Shown piece by piece: positions 25,966-38,600 of a stretch of DNA of 64,000 nucleotides. Positions within the stretch are counted from its first letter, which is position 1. Each line of letters starts with the position of its first letter. The DNA is taken from the NCBI RefSeq assembly GCF_031769215.1, contig NW_026782091.1, positions 186,001 to 250,000 of the forward strand, read 5' to 3'. The stretch comes from Ylistrum balloti. Taxonomy: Eukaryota. The notes under the pieces are model-generated. The model worked only from the letters and a program-made list of their open reading frames with translations. It did no database searches and was not told the origin of the DNA. The position numbers were made by a program, and so were the translations under genes.

Positions 25966-28420
25966 ATGATCACCTCAAGCTCCCTGCTTGGCATTTAGGT
26001 TGAAGGAGTGGGTAGAATAAAGAAGTGGCCAGTCTGATGATCATTTTAATGCCATGTTGACATTTAATTCTTATAGACATTTCAAAATGGCCCCCTGAGT
26101 AGCCCCATCTGTGAATGTGATATATACTGCAAGATCAAAACTCTTAAAAAAAGATAAGATACAACATAGGGCACAGAGACTTTCTACATTAATGACAAAT
26201 CTTTATGACAAAATTATGTAATTGGTTTTGTCAGTATTTTCGGGGATATCTGAGAATAACAAGACAACAATCACAAGGCATAACAGACAATGTTTAATCA
26301 GGACTCCAATTCACCAGCTGTACTACTGCTGTTTTTCTCTTATGCAGAGAAAAATCACAGAGAATGACATCATCCTTACATATACATGTATCTAAGATTG
26401 ATTAAATTGGTGACAAGAGAGATTTAGTGTGACAATATTGATATAACTAATATCTTAATGACTAATGTCAACAATATGTTCTTGCAAAAAGTACCATATT
26501 TAACATAATGAATGTCGCTCTTAAATACTTTTTTAACTTGCTTAGATTTTGTGATTTTGTATTTGTATAAACCATTCCTATCACTGAAGTGATACTCAAA
26601 GTATTGGTTCAGATGTTGTCTGGTAATACAGCAGGTAGGGTGAAATGATGCTGAGTTTATTTTGTGAATAGGATAAAAAGAATCATGTTGTGAGAAAGTG
26701 TCTGAAAAAGGGTCTCGGTGTATCATGTACTTGTGCCCAGTACATTGCATGTACCATATATTTCATATCGTGCGTTAAGCCCAGGTATTAATATTGCTTC
26801 CGAATCAAAAGTTAGAGAGGGTGGGCTTATTACAAGATAGACAAGATAATAAGAAAACATGTTGATATCTATCTGAATAACAGTTATGACTGGTTTAATT
26901 TTGGGCATGGCCTTCATGTCTGTAGGTGACAGATGATACAAACTGCCATTGATTACCCCTATTAGTAAAGGCATTTTTTTTTTTTTGCTATTAATATCGC
27001 ATCATAACCACACGAAATTTTTGCTGGCGTGTTATGGGAATTCTCTCATGTGATTTTTTTTTCGTATGTGTCACTTATGTAATATACCCTGAATCATTTT
27101 TCATTGGCCGCACCTATCAGAAATTGATTGTGATGTTGTAATATGGACAATGATGTTATGTCTTGAATTGCAAATGGAGCAACAAGTGGCTGCCTCTGTT
27201 TGATTTTGTCCTCAATGTTTTCACTTTAAAACCTGTCAAAATCTCATTTTTCTTAGTCACGTGATAAAAATATCTTTTTATATATTTATTATTAATTTCA
27301 CATAAGATTTTACAAAGCTTGTCTCAAAGTTTTACTTTTGGGTCACCAGGTTTGTAAAAGCAACAGCATCAAAGACTCCTTTCCACATATAATCTCATAT
27401 GAAATGAAAACCCGTTTAAGATATTATCTGAATAAAATTGTTTGAGGTTAGTAATTAATGAAGTAAAAAGTTCTTGGGTATTTTTTTTCATGATTTTCTT
27501 TTTTCTAAATTTTCACTTTGTGTTATAAGTAAGTAAAATGAACCTAGATACATCTGTCTTTATTCCATAATTTTACTTATAATATTAAAAAAAAAAAAAT
27601 TGTTGTTTAATAAGTGGCATTGCTGGATGCGAGATTGCATGTAAGATAATCAGAATCCATCATATATCAAACACTGTTAGCTGATTGAGATGTTTTATTG
27701 GTGCATGATAATTGACCCCAAACATCAATAATATAACAATGCAATTCACAAACAATAATAGCAAAAGATAAATTAACCAACATACATAAGACGTGGTCAG
27801 GTAGAATGAAAATGATGTATTTTTTCCATCAAAATCAGAAAGAATGAAGTCTGACATTGAATATTTTGCATAAATGGAATAGATAATGTGTAGTCAGAAA
27901 AGTGTTTAATGAGAGAGTAGTTAGATGGGACTGTGATTGGGTCAATACAAAACTAATACTACTGACTGTTCATTCTTCCTTTACTCACATCACCTCTGCA
28001 CCTACTCACCTAATACATTATATGATTTCAGACAAAATTCTTGTCCCATTTATCATGTGACAGCTTGATAAATTTATTGTAAATCTCCAGATAACACATA
28101 ATGTTAAATTGAGAAATGCAGTGCTTTTTAAGACTGTTGAATATTGAGGTCTCTGAAATATGCCTTACCTGTCGCCTAATTTCTATTGTATAAAGTCTAT
28201 ATCTGAAATGAAAGTCTGGCATTGATTTCATAATTTGATTGTACAAATGACAGGTGTTATTGCTGTATAGAAAGGCTTGTTATTTCTACACTAGGTAAAT
28301 GTGTACTGTCACAAACACAAGTACAAGTGGTATTGTATGAACACAGGTGATAGTGTCACAAAACCCAGGTGTTATCTCAACAAAAAACCTTTAAATCTCC
28401 GAGAAATGAAAAATAGTGTC

Positions 28421-28975
28421 ATTGTCTCCCAAGAACTATAGGAAATAGAGGTGTTGTTTCCAAGAACTATAGGAAATAGAGGTGTTGTCTCCAAGAACCA
28501 TAGGAAATAGAGGTGTTGTGTCCAAGAACCATAGGAAATAGAGGTGTTGTCTCCAAGAACTATAGGAAATAGAGGTGTTGTCTCCAAGAACCATAGGAAA
28601 TAGAGGTGTTGTCTCCAAGAACTATAGGAAATAGAGGTGTTGTGTCCAAGAACTATAGGAAATAGAGGTGTTGTTTCCAAGAACTATAGGAAATAGAGGT
28701 GTTGTTTCCATGACCCATAGGCAAGTGGGGTGTTGTCTCCAAGAACCATGAAAATTAGACTTGTTGTTTCCAACAACCATAGGAAACAGAGGTGTTGTCT
28801 CCAAGAACTATGGGAAATGGAGGTGTTGTCTCCAAGAACTATGGGAAATGGAGGTATTGTCTCCAAGAACTATGGGAAATGGAGGTGTTGTCTCCAATGA
28901 CCGTAGGCAAGAGAGGTGTTTTCTCCAACAACTATAAGAAAATAAGGTGTTGTTACCAAGAGCCAAAGAAAATGG
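28421..28975. repeat. Minisatellite, 31-bp unit, about 17 copies, diverging towards the right end
   Basis: Unit GAACTATAGGAAATAGAGGTGTTGTCTCCAA. Confidence 0.95.
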
Positions 28976-28992
28976 AGGGGCTGCAGATATCA

Positions 28993-29153
28993 CCAAAAGT
29001 TAGCAATGGGATATCGGGACCTAAAGTTAGCAATGGGATATCGGGACCAAAAGTTAGCAATGGGATATCGGGACCAAAAGTTAGCAATGGGATATCGGGA
29101 CCAAAAGTTAGCAATGGGATATCGGGACCAAAAGTTAGCAATGGGATATCGGG
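28993..29153. repeat. Minisatellite, 27-bp unit, 6 copies
   Basis: CCAAAAGTTAGCAATGGGATATCGGGA at 28993, 29020, 29047, 29074, 29101 and 29128; one substitution overall. Confidence 0.97.
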
Positions 29154-29920
29154 TGCAGACATAATCAATCAATATGTTTGAATTGGTTTATCCTTTTGAT
29201 GTGATTTTGCCGATCCTAATCTGTTCAATGATTTTCTATTATATAATTACACTTTAAAGTACAAATGTTTAAAAAAAACAAAAAAACAAAAATAGGTGTC
29301 ATGGTCACAAAGTGCAGACTTTATTTAGAGTGTCTGATGGAAATTTTATGAGATTTTATACCACACTACCTCAAATGTGACAGTAACTGTTTTGTGTGCT
29401 GGGTTTATCACCTTTGAACGGATTGTCATTTTTCAGTGGTAATGAATACCTTATTGAACAATATATGGGAGGTCTACTATATCTTATCCAAAGCAATATA
29501 CATGTAATAAGCTCATACATGCTGATAACTAGGTTATATATAGTTCTCTATGTTCTAGATAACTGTGGTAAAATTCAAAATTTGTTTAAAGTCTTACTTA
29601 TTGTGTATATATGTACTACAACCCATTGCATTGAACACCTGTGAAAATCTTTTGACTGTTTTTAGGCATTTGAGGAATGAGTTAAAACACTCTCATGATG
29701 ACTTGGATAGGTTTAAGTAGTTTTGTATTGGATGGTAGACAGGTTGTTTGTCTGGCTGACAGAAAACTAATTAGAGTGGGGTCAACCAGGCAAACATAGT
29801 GCAACTTCTCTTCAGTGATAGATCCATGTCTCACTTGCCTGACATCACAACCTGGTGTAGCCAGGGTCAGCTATAAATAACTCCAGACATCAGGTGTTGA
29901 CAAATTGATACTGTTACATA

Positions 29921-30540
29921 ATCTGAATCAAGCTTCTTTTTGACTCCCATCTGAATCAAGCTTCTTTTTCACTTCCATGTTACTGTTGGTGTATGATTTA
30001 AATCAAGCTTCTGTTTGACTCATATCTGAATCAAGCTTCTTTTTGACTCCCATCTGAATCAAGCTTCTTTTTCACTTCCATGTTACTGTTGGTGTATGAT
30101 TTAAATCAAGCTTCTGTTTGACTCATATCTGAATTAAGCTTCTTTTTGACTCATATCTGAATCAAGCTTCTTTTTGACTTTCATTTCACAAAATTTGAAT
30201 CAAGCTTCTGTTTGACTCATATCTGAATTAAGCTTCTTTTTGACTCATATCTGAATCAAGCTTCTTTTTGACTTTCATTTCACAAAATTTGAATCAAACT
30301 TCTTTTTGGCTCATATCTGAATCAAGCTTCTTTTTGGCTCACATCTGAATTTAGCTTAATGATTTTGACTTCCATGTTGCGTAATTTGAGTCAATCTTCT
30401 TTTTAACTTCCATATTATATAATTTAGATCAAGCTTCTTTTTAACTCACATCTGAACCTAGCTTCTTTTTCACTTGCATCTGAATCAAGCTTCTTTTTGA
30501 CTTTCATTTATGATTTGAATCCAGCATCTTTTTTACTTCC
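29921..30540. repeat. Complex array built on an ATCTGAATCAAGCTTCTTTTTGACT core (about 28 bp) with variable spacers
   Basis: About 20 AATCAAGCTTCT-type cores; a 103-bp block is duplicated (29941 vs 30044) and a block of about 94 bp is duplicated (30121 vs about 30215). Confidence 0.9.
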
Positions 30541-32211
30541 AGTATAATCAAACAATTTTATGACTTCCATGATAGAAAATGTGTGAAACCAGGAAAGATA
30601 CAAGCATAAAGGTAATAAACTTTATCACTTTGAAATGGGAAATATGTTTAAAACTCATCATTAATAGTCCTTATTAAACAGTACACATATGAATCATTCA
30701 CATGATGCCTGGGTTTATCCTCGTGAATTAACAGAATATCTAGCTGTATTATATATCATTTAACAGGATTTGTGAATGAACATAAAGATGTGCCTTTATA
30801 GAATTTCTGGTTGGAAAGGAATCGACAAATTTCAGAGTGTATTTGTTCTTTCTAGATGTGTATTTGTATTATCAGGACCTACAAGTAAGTAGACATGTTG
30901 AGTACCGTGTTAGATTATATCAGTATGGAATTACAGTAACTTTGGTGTAATCCATACTGCTATGTTTTGCAGCAGTCATAGTTTATTATATGACTGGAGG
31001 TGTAGCAGTAACATGCATGATCAGGTACATGTGCAGAGGATATTTTCAATTATTTAATGAGCAGAAATAATTGTGCTTTAGGCATGACTATTGGAATATA
31101 GCAGCTATTCTTATGTAAGTCTCTCCAGGGCCACCTAGCTGTGTTTCCATCCATGTCAGAATTTTACAAAGGTAACACTTTGCAATGATTTCATTTCTGT
31201 TCTTTTTCTGGAGCTGCAGTTTTAGATTTAGCATGGTAAAACCAGCTAAATGCTTGTCAACGGCTACATTTCTAACATCATAATGTCATTTAAAATCCTC
31301 TTAAATCTTGTCAACAGTTTTGAAATTGCTGGAAATCTCTCCAATGTAGTTTTTAAATTTTCCTCAAATTTCAGTGCAGTACCTGAAGATGGTAAAGTAA
31401 TTGCACAAAAAACTATAAGAAGATTTATGAAACTGTGTAAAAATAAGGATATAAGCCTTGCAGACAATTGAATACTGCTACACACCCTCATGCAGTGTGT
31501 TATGGTAAAAACCTCCTGGTTTCAGCTGGTGGAGTTTTCTTGTATTATTGAAAAAAAAAAAAAAATCTACCCATAGTAGGCAATAGTGACATTCTAATAG
31601 AAGTTTGATGAGGCTGGCTAGGATCTCCTTAAAGTAGGTTGTTGTGTTACCACTTCTGACAAGGGAAGTAATAGCTATAGAGAGAGACAGGTCTATGTGA
31701 TTGTACATTCATTGTTCATACATCACAACGTTTGAACAAACATTATTTTCATAAATTTAAACATAAAAATGCCTAAAAATATTGGTTATCTTTAGCCCTG
31801 TTCATATTCTGATGGCATTTGAAGGTTGTGTTTTGCTCTCAGAATTAGGAAAATTATTACTTAGATTTCTGCCTGAAGGAGAGATTTCTTGTCGAAAGAT
31901 AAGGCAACTCATGTGTACATTCTGAGGCAGTTTTTTGATGGCTCATTGTTTTTATATGTATTTGGTTTCAAACCAGGATGTGCTTTTTTGAAATAGTTGT
32001 ACCGCCTTAGCTGGAACAAAACCTTATTGTATTGTAAAGTATTATGCTCAGAATGCTTATTTTTTATGGTTATTGCATTATGTAAAAGATTTGACAAGCA
32101 TGTAAGAGTTTTTCGTCTGAATTTTAATGCTCTATATATTAGTCAGTTGTCAGGCCATTTGACAATATAAAATATAATCTGATAAAAGCAGCACAATGGG
32201 ATTACAAGGAT

Positions 32212-32835
32212 GAACTAGTTTTAGTTCAGCCGATTAGAGATAATCTAGAGGTCAATGGTCATGGGTTAGAATCCGGCTCTGTCTGTTGTATGGTTTCCTG
32301 TTACATTTCTGAATGATGGTTCAGGAACTTGCCTGACTTTATCAAACAGTCATGATTTGGTGATAATTACATGCTCAAAATATATGACTTTTTGTCTCAT
32401 GGATTGTGTACTCAAAGGTTTTGCACATTTGAAAAAAGTACAAGAGACAACACGTAACATATTTCTTAACTACAGTTTGATGGTTAGCAGAAAGAATTTT
32501 ATTAGGCTCCAGGTATTGTTGCTGTCAGGACCAAATCCTTTGACCATGTACCAGTTTAGTCAAAATCAACCCTGGTCATCATATTTGGTGATGACTGATT
32601 ACATTAAACAATATTTCAGTCTTTCTGATTGGACAAAATATTTGAATATGAAGTTCAGTTATTTAGCTATACTATACAATTATTGACTTGAAAAGGAACA
32701 GGGTCACCTGACCGACCACTTAGGTTTTCCCAGGATACTCCGGTTTCCTCCCACAGTAAGAACCCTCACATGCTTCCAGCTAACAAGAGTGATTAATTGA
32801 TACTGATAGTCTGTTTCACAATTGTCGCAGAAAAA
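32212..32835 (+). mobile_element. Probable V-domain tRNA-SINE with head and body about 400 bp apart
   Basis: A-box-like TAGTTCAGCCGATTAGAG (about 32222) and B-box-like GGTTAGAATCC (about 32265). GGTTTTCCCAGGATACTCCGGTTTCCTCCCACA (about 32722-32755) matches the V-SINE core. A-rich tail near 32830. Confidence 0.5.
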
Positions 32836-35000
32836 ATAAAGTTTATATATTATAATTATTAACTAATTTCATAATTCTGGCCTGGGGAAGTATCACCTTT
32901 ATGGGTTAATAAATCCTTGTATTCACCTGAAAGAAGGTTAATAATTGTTTTATTTTATGATGACAGATCATGCTTTTGATTGGTTGAAAATTGCAGTACA
33001 GATCACAGGATTGTCATATTGAAGAAGCGTGACAGATTTTTTCCCTGATATGTTCACCAGATATTCACAGATTCTGTGTGTTTCAGTATAACATTGCTAT
33101 ATATTTAGACCTAAGACAGATGTTTTGACCAATCAGGGTGTGGGGAAAATGACAGTCATATGTAATAAAGCCGGTTTTGACCCAATTTGAGCCATTTCAG
33201 CTAGCTCATGTTGCAGCTTTGCATATTTCATTAAGGGATGTATTTGTTATTGTTCATAAATACATTTGGGTTACATATGTTTAAAATCTAATATCACATT
33301 AAATTGTAAAAAGGCTGATTCGAAACTCTATTTTCAGCCTGCATTATAAATTGAGACTCATTTCAGATCCTTAATATGGTACATTCACTGTACTAGCAAA
33401 ATGCCAAGAGCTGTATACATAAGCCTTTACGTAATGTTACATAATATCTCCTGCAATCAATATGTGCATGTGTGGGTATGTCTAGTTTTATAAAGAATTG
33501 TTGCATTTTAAAACAGAAATATATCTGAAAAGCCGGAAGTCATGAAGATGACGATAAGTCTCCTGTATCCTTGGGTATTGAAGTATGTGAGATTCGCTGC
33601 AGTTGTATGTATGCAGATACATTGATCAGGATCTTTTGGATATTGTCTTTGAATCAAGCGCAGTATTTATATCATATATTTCTAGGTCAAGTTCCGTTGC
33701 AGCATTTCCCATCAATGTGTGTGTGACATTTGTACTGCAGAGCACTTAAAAGCCGTTCATTAACCAATTTTGTCCCCTGCCCAGACATATATGGTTCCCA
33801 ATCAATACACAATGAACAGAATGTGATGGATTACTTGAGAATTGTATACAATCTAGGTCATGTTGACTTCCCAAATCCTGTCAATAATTTATCATGTTCT
33901 GTAAACTGCTAAACCTTACCAGGTGAAAATGATAGAATATTGTAATTCATTTTAAAAGCCAGACGTGCATGTCTGGATTTTTTTATTTTTGTCAATTTGA
34001 CAAATGACTGTGCCTTTATATATAAGCTATTGTCATCAATACAAGCATTCTGGTGTACAATACAGTTTTAGTATTGCCTCTATGTCTATACATGACCTGA
34101 AGGTATCACCTAATTTAGACTGCCTTTTGTTTATTTGGCTTTGTATAGCCTATGTAACTTGTAGACCTAAGAAAGCAAGATGTCACATGATCTCTATTGT
34201 CTCGAGGCAGCGTTTCTAGGAACAGGATTAGAAATTAATTTTGGGTAACTTCCCACAGACTGAAGCTCAATCAAGGATAAAATCAGAGGCAGGGGTTGCA
34301 GACATGCTTATTTACTATGTCATTAGAATGTATACATAACCCATTTTCTCCAACACATTCTTTGTTTACGGAGCACTTTGTTTGGGGATAAATCCATTGA
34401 AATACAATCAGTAGTGTTTGATTTGTGCTTGCAACTTGTATTTGGAAAGGAAAAGCAAAAAAATGTTGTCCAATCTGTGACAGTTAAAAGGGTAGATTGA
34501 TGTTATAGTAGCCAAGTTTTAGGTAAGTCATACATTACCACGGATATTGGGTTTATTTGAATTCCTTCTCTCCTGGCAGGCCATATGTTACCACAGGACA
34601 CGAAGTTAATCTGGTTTATCAACCTTTCTCCCTTCCTTCCCCCCTCCCACCACCACCAAAAAATGGGAGAGTGAGGTTAGGCAACACTATGCATTATGAT
34701 GGTTCTTTCCTCCTTGTTAACATACCAAAGCATATATGCATTGATTTAGATGTCAAATTTTTGATATGCTTTTAGTCTTCATTGAAGCTGAAAGTCTTGT
34801 CATATAGGCAGTTAAACATTTTTAGAAACACTGCACAAATAATTCTACAATTGTAACATAAAGTGGCTGTGTCAAATTTTAGCATATGATCACTTTTTGG
34901 CAAATCAGCACAATGACAAATTTGCTCATTATCACAGGACAATGACATAGCATTGGTTGATATTATGAAGATAGCTTTTAATTAGACATAGGCTTAAGCT

Positions 35001-35666
35001 TGTTTTGTGATAAATACGGTAAGTCTGTTGTGGGATAAATACGGTAAGCCTGTTGTGTGATAAATACGGTAAGCCTGTTGTGTGATAAATACGGTAAGCC
35101 TGTTGTGTGATAAATACTGTAAGCCTGTTGTGGGATAAATATGGTAAGCCTGTTGTGTGATAAATACGGTAAGCCTGTTGTGTGATAAATACGGTAAGCC
35201 TGTTGTGGGATAAATACGGTAAGCCTGTTGTGTGATAAATACGGTAAGCCTGTTGTGTGATAAATATGGTGAGTCTGTTGTGGGATAAATACGGTAAGTC
35301 TGTTGTGGGATAAATACGGTAAGCCTGTTGTGTGATAAATACGGTAAGCCTGTTGTGTGATAAATACTGTAAGCCTGTTGTGGGATAAATATGGTAAGCC
35401 TGTTGTGTGATAAATACGGTAAGCCTGTTGTGTGATAAATACGGTAAGCCTGTTGTGGGATAAATACGGTAAGCCTGTTGTGTGATAAATACGGTAAGCC
35501 TGTTGTGTGATAAATACGGTGAGCCTGTTGTGTGATAAATATGGTGAGTCTGTTGTGGGATAAATACGGTAAGTCTGTTGTGGGATAAATTCGGTAAGTC
35601 TGTTGTGGGATTCGGTAAGTCTGTTGTGGGATAAATAGGTAAGCCTGTTGTGTGATAAATACGGTA
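35001..35666. repeat. Minisatellite, 25-bp unit, about 26 copies
   Basis: Unit GATAAATACGGTAAGCCTGTTGTGT with GTAAGT/GTGAGT and TGTGG variants. Confidence 0.97.
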
Positions 35667-38600
35667 TCATGGACAGTGTAACAATCTATGGTAATTTCTG
35701 ACTCGAGTTTAGATTAGCATATAGAATGAACTTTATTTCAGTTCTAGTTTTGTTTTCCCATTCATATTCAAAATCAAAGGTCACTCTGTCATATGTAGAT
35801 GTCTATCAATGCCTTTTAATGAACTGGGTTAATAGGTGAAGGAGTCCATCTGTACCAAACTGCTATTAACATTAGACTGGAAAGAATCCATGAGGGAAAA
35901 TCCAGTGTATATATGATGTATAATATAATGACTTGACCACTGACAATGACTACACATACAATAGATGATATCAACCTGTGTTTTGCAATAAGCCTACTCA
36001 TTCATTTCAGTTGTGCAGAAATAAGAAAAAGTGGTCTTTCCATTAAATCTGTAACAAGCTGTCATTTTCACTTTGATCTAAGGTTATGTTTATAGCCTTG
36101 CTGTAGGATATATATGATAACAATGAAAAAAAAGAAAATTACAGAAACTTTTCCTTGATTTTCAACAGCTAAAAATAAGATGTTAAAATGTCCTTCATTA
36201 TTGCAGTTTGTAGACAATGGCTGCTGGATTAGGTCATACAAAGTGTTCGGTTTTTTTGTCCTTTGGCCTATAATAACAAATTAAATATTAGCACTGCCAT
36301 AGTAACCTTGAAATGTATTGCAATATGTTGACCACAACATTTAATTGGGGGAGAGGCTGGGGGGTTGGGGGGGACTATTGAGTAATCTAACCTGGTAACT
36401 GCAACTGATATTATTTAGTTGACAAATGGATATAAAAAACTCAAAGGCTGTTAAAAAAATACCCTTGCACTACCAATTTGAATACATGCTTTATTTTGCA
36501 ATGCGTGGTATTTATTCAAGTTAATATAGACATTTGAAACATATTGGTTAATACCTGTTACTTACAAACACTCAAGTGACACAGATGTAGGGTATTCTGG
36601 GAAGCGACAACGGAAGTAGGATATCACGCTTGTTTCTATTTGCTTGGAGAAGGAAACCGAAACTTCTTGAATGTTCTTTACTTCATGAAAAAAGAGCAAA
36701 TAATAGGTTTTACTGCAATTTTTTTAGTTGTATTGACAAAAACCAATATAGCTAAGCTGTATCGTGCATGGCATAGTATTTTTTAAAAGTGCACAGAAAT
36801 AAACCAGTAAACTGCACAACTTGTATATATTATCAACTGTTGATAAACCATTTTAAAATGATTTTAAAAAAATCTGTTTTAACTACATCTTGATGGTATC
36901 TTGTAAAACTTCTGCCATATATAACCAAATCCCCTGTTTTCTGTTTTAGGCTAATTACAACTTGCTTAATTACAAATTCATTTACAAAGTTTAGATAACT
37001 GTTTGTACTACTGACATAATATCTTTAAACCTGGCATTGCTGTTGTGTTGTTTTAAGAATGAATGTCTTTCCTGTGTCATTGTCATTTGACTTTGATGTT
37101 ATCAACAAGTAGGGCAGAAAAAAACTTGTGTGACACTTAAACACGTGCCAGAGATATGCTAATGTTCTAATTATGACAAAGATAAGAAAACACGCATAGT
37201 TTTCCTGTCTACTGTTTATGTAAATCAACTGACAAATATGAATACCACATTTTTTTTAAAAATCAGTTGATATCATGGTCTTCAAGCGGAGCTTGGTAAA
37301 TACATCAAATTAATAATAGAACCTATTCTAGCATGACTTGTATAAAAATAGCTGTATGTAACCGGGTCAGTCCATTTGTTACTTTGATATACATATAGAT
37401 GTAAGCCATATATCTAAGATTACCTTACTTTAGCATCTGGCTGTGAAATTATCAGGTGTATATATATAGGACATGCTCTACCAAAATAGATCCATTATCC
37501 AGCAGACATTCTAAGGGCCTCTCAGCAGCTAACTGTTGTTAGGTTTAAACAATTCCAATGATTCACAGAAAACAGCAAAAATGAAATATTGAATGGACTG
37601 TATTGCTGCTGTTGTAAACATTTAGAGGTAAATAGAAAAACATGGAATAGCTCATGTGTGTTTTTATATCAAAATCAGCACAATACTTTTGTCATAAAAC
37701 TAACCAGTCATACAGCAAATGGTCTTTGTGTGATGTTAGTAGGGGTTGCCTCCCTTGCACTAGCAAAGCAGGATCATAGCTTTTAAAAAAGATTCTTTTT
37801 ATTAGATTTTTGTAAAGATATTTTTAACCTTTTTAAATGTATTGAAAGGAGACAAGTTATTTTGAATAGCAATGTGGTTAAAAAGGTCTGCAAGCTAAGT
37901 GATAATAAAAGAAAGATGTAAATGAATGCTGGGCTTTGAGAATGAGCTGTGTACATAAATATACATGGTGTAGATTCTAGAGAAGTTTATTGTGCAAGTT
38001 CTGATTATGTAATTGTGGAGTATATATAGGTTAAATTTGTTTCAGCTTAACGTGGATGTGTACAGGGTCCACCCACTGATGGTGTGTGGTTGTTTCACCC
38101 CAAGCGGCATCTCCGAGATTGTCGGCTGTCACAAGGTTTACCTCTTACATTGTTATGGTTGGGGGAAAATTTGTGTGAATCTTCCCGGCCACAATTGGTA
38201 TAGCTCTACCCAGACATTGATGAAAGGTCAATAACCAGTCTAGGGACCAGACTAACTAAAGACGAAAAAAAATCCCACCATATATACATATATGGGCAGA
38301 CTGTTACTGATAAACTGTCGATCTAAGTTCATATACAGATACATTTCTTCGTGTGAATATGAAGGCAGCATTTTCACTGATGTAAACTGACACAATACAA
38401 AATCTGAAGTCCACTTTCTACATATGTTGGAGTTTTAAAGAGATATTTGTTTGGAGTAACGAAGTTTATCACCTGGCCACGGACATTGGTTGCAGCCATG
38501 ATGTATTCATTCTATAACACAACAGGATACAACTACTATCGGGACTCGTTTCATTTAACGGAGCGTGAAATTGCTATTTTTAAAAGCCTGAAAGGTTGGT

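Noticed and set aside
28372-29181. Stack of ORFs including PKVSNGISG and GPDIPLLTF repeats
   Set aside because: Arise from the 31-bp and 27-bp arrays; open on both strands.
34978-35670. Longest ORF in the track (230 aa, minus strand)
   Set aside because: A 25-bp satellite read through cycling frames; the periodic peptide is an artefact.
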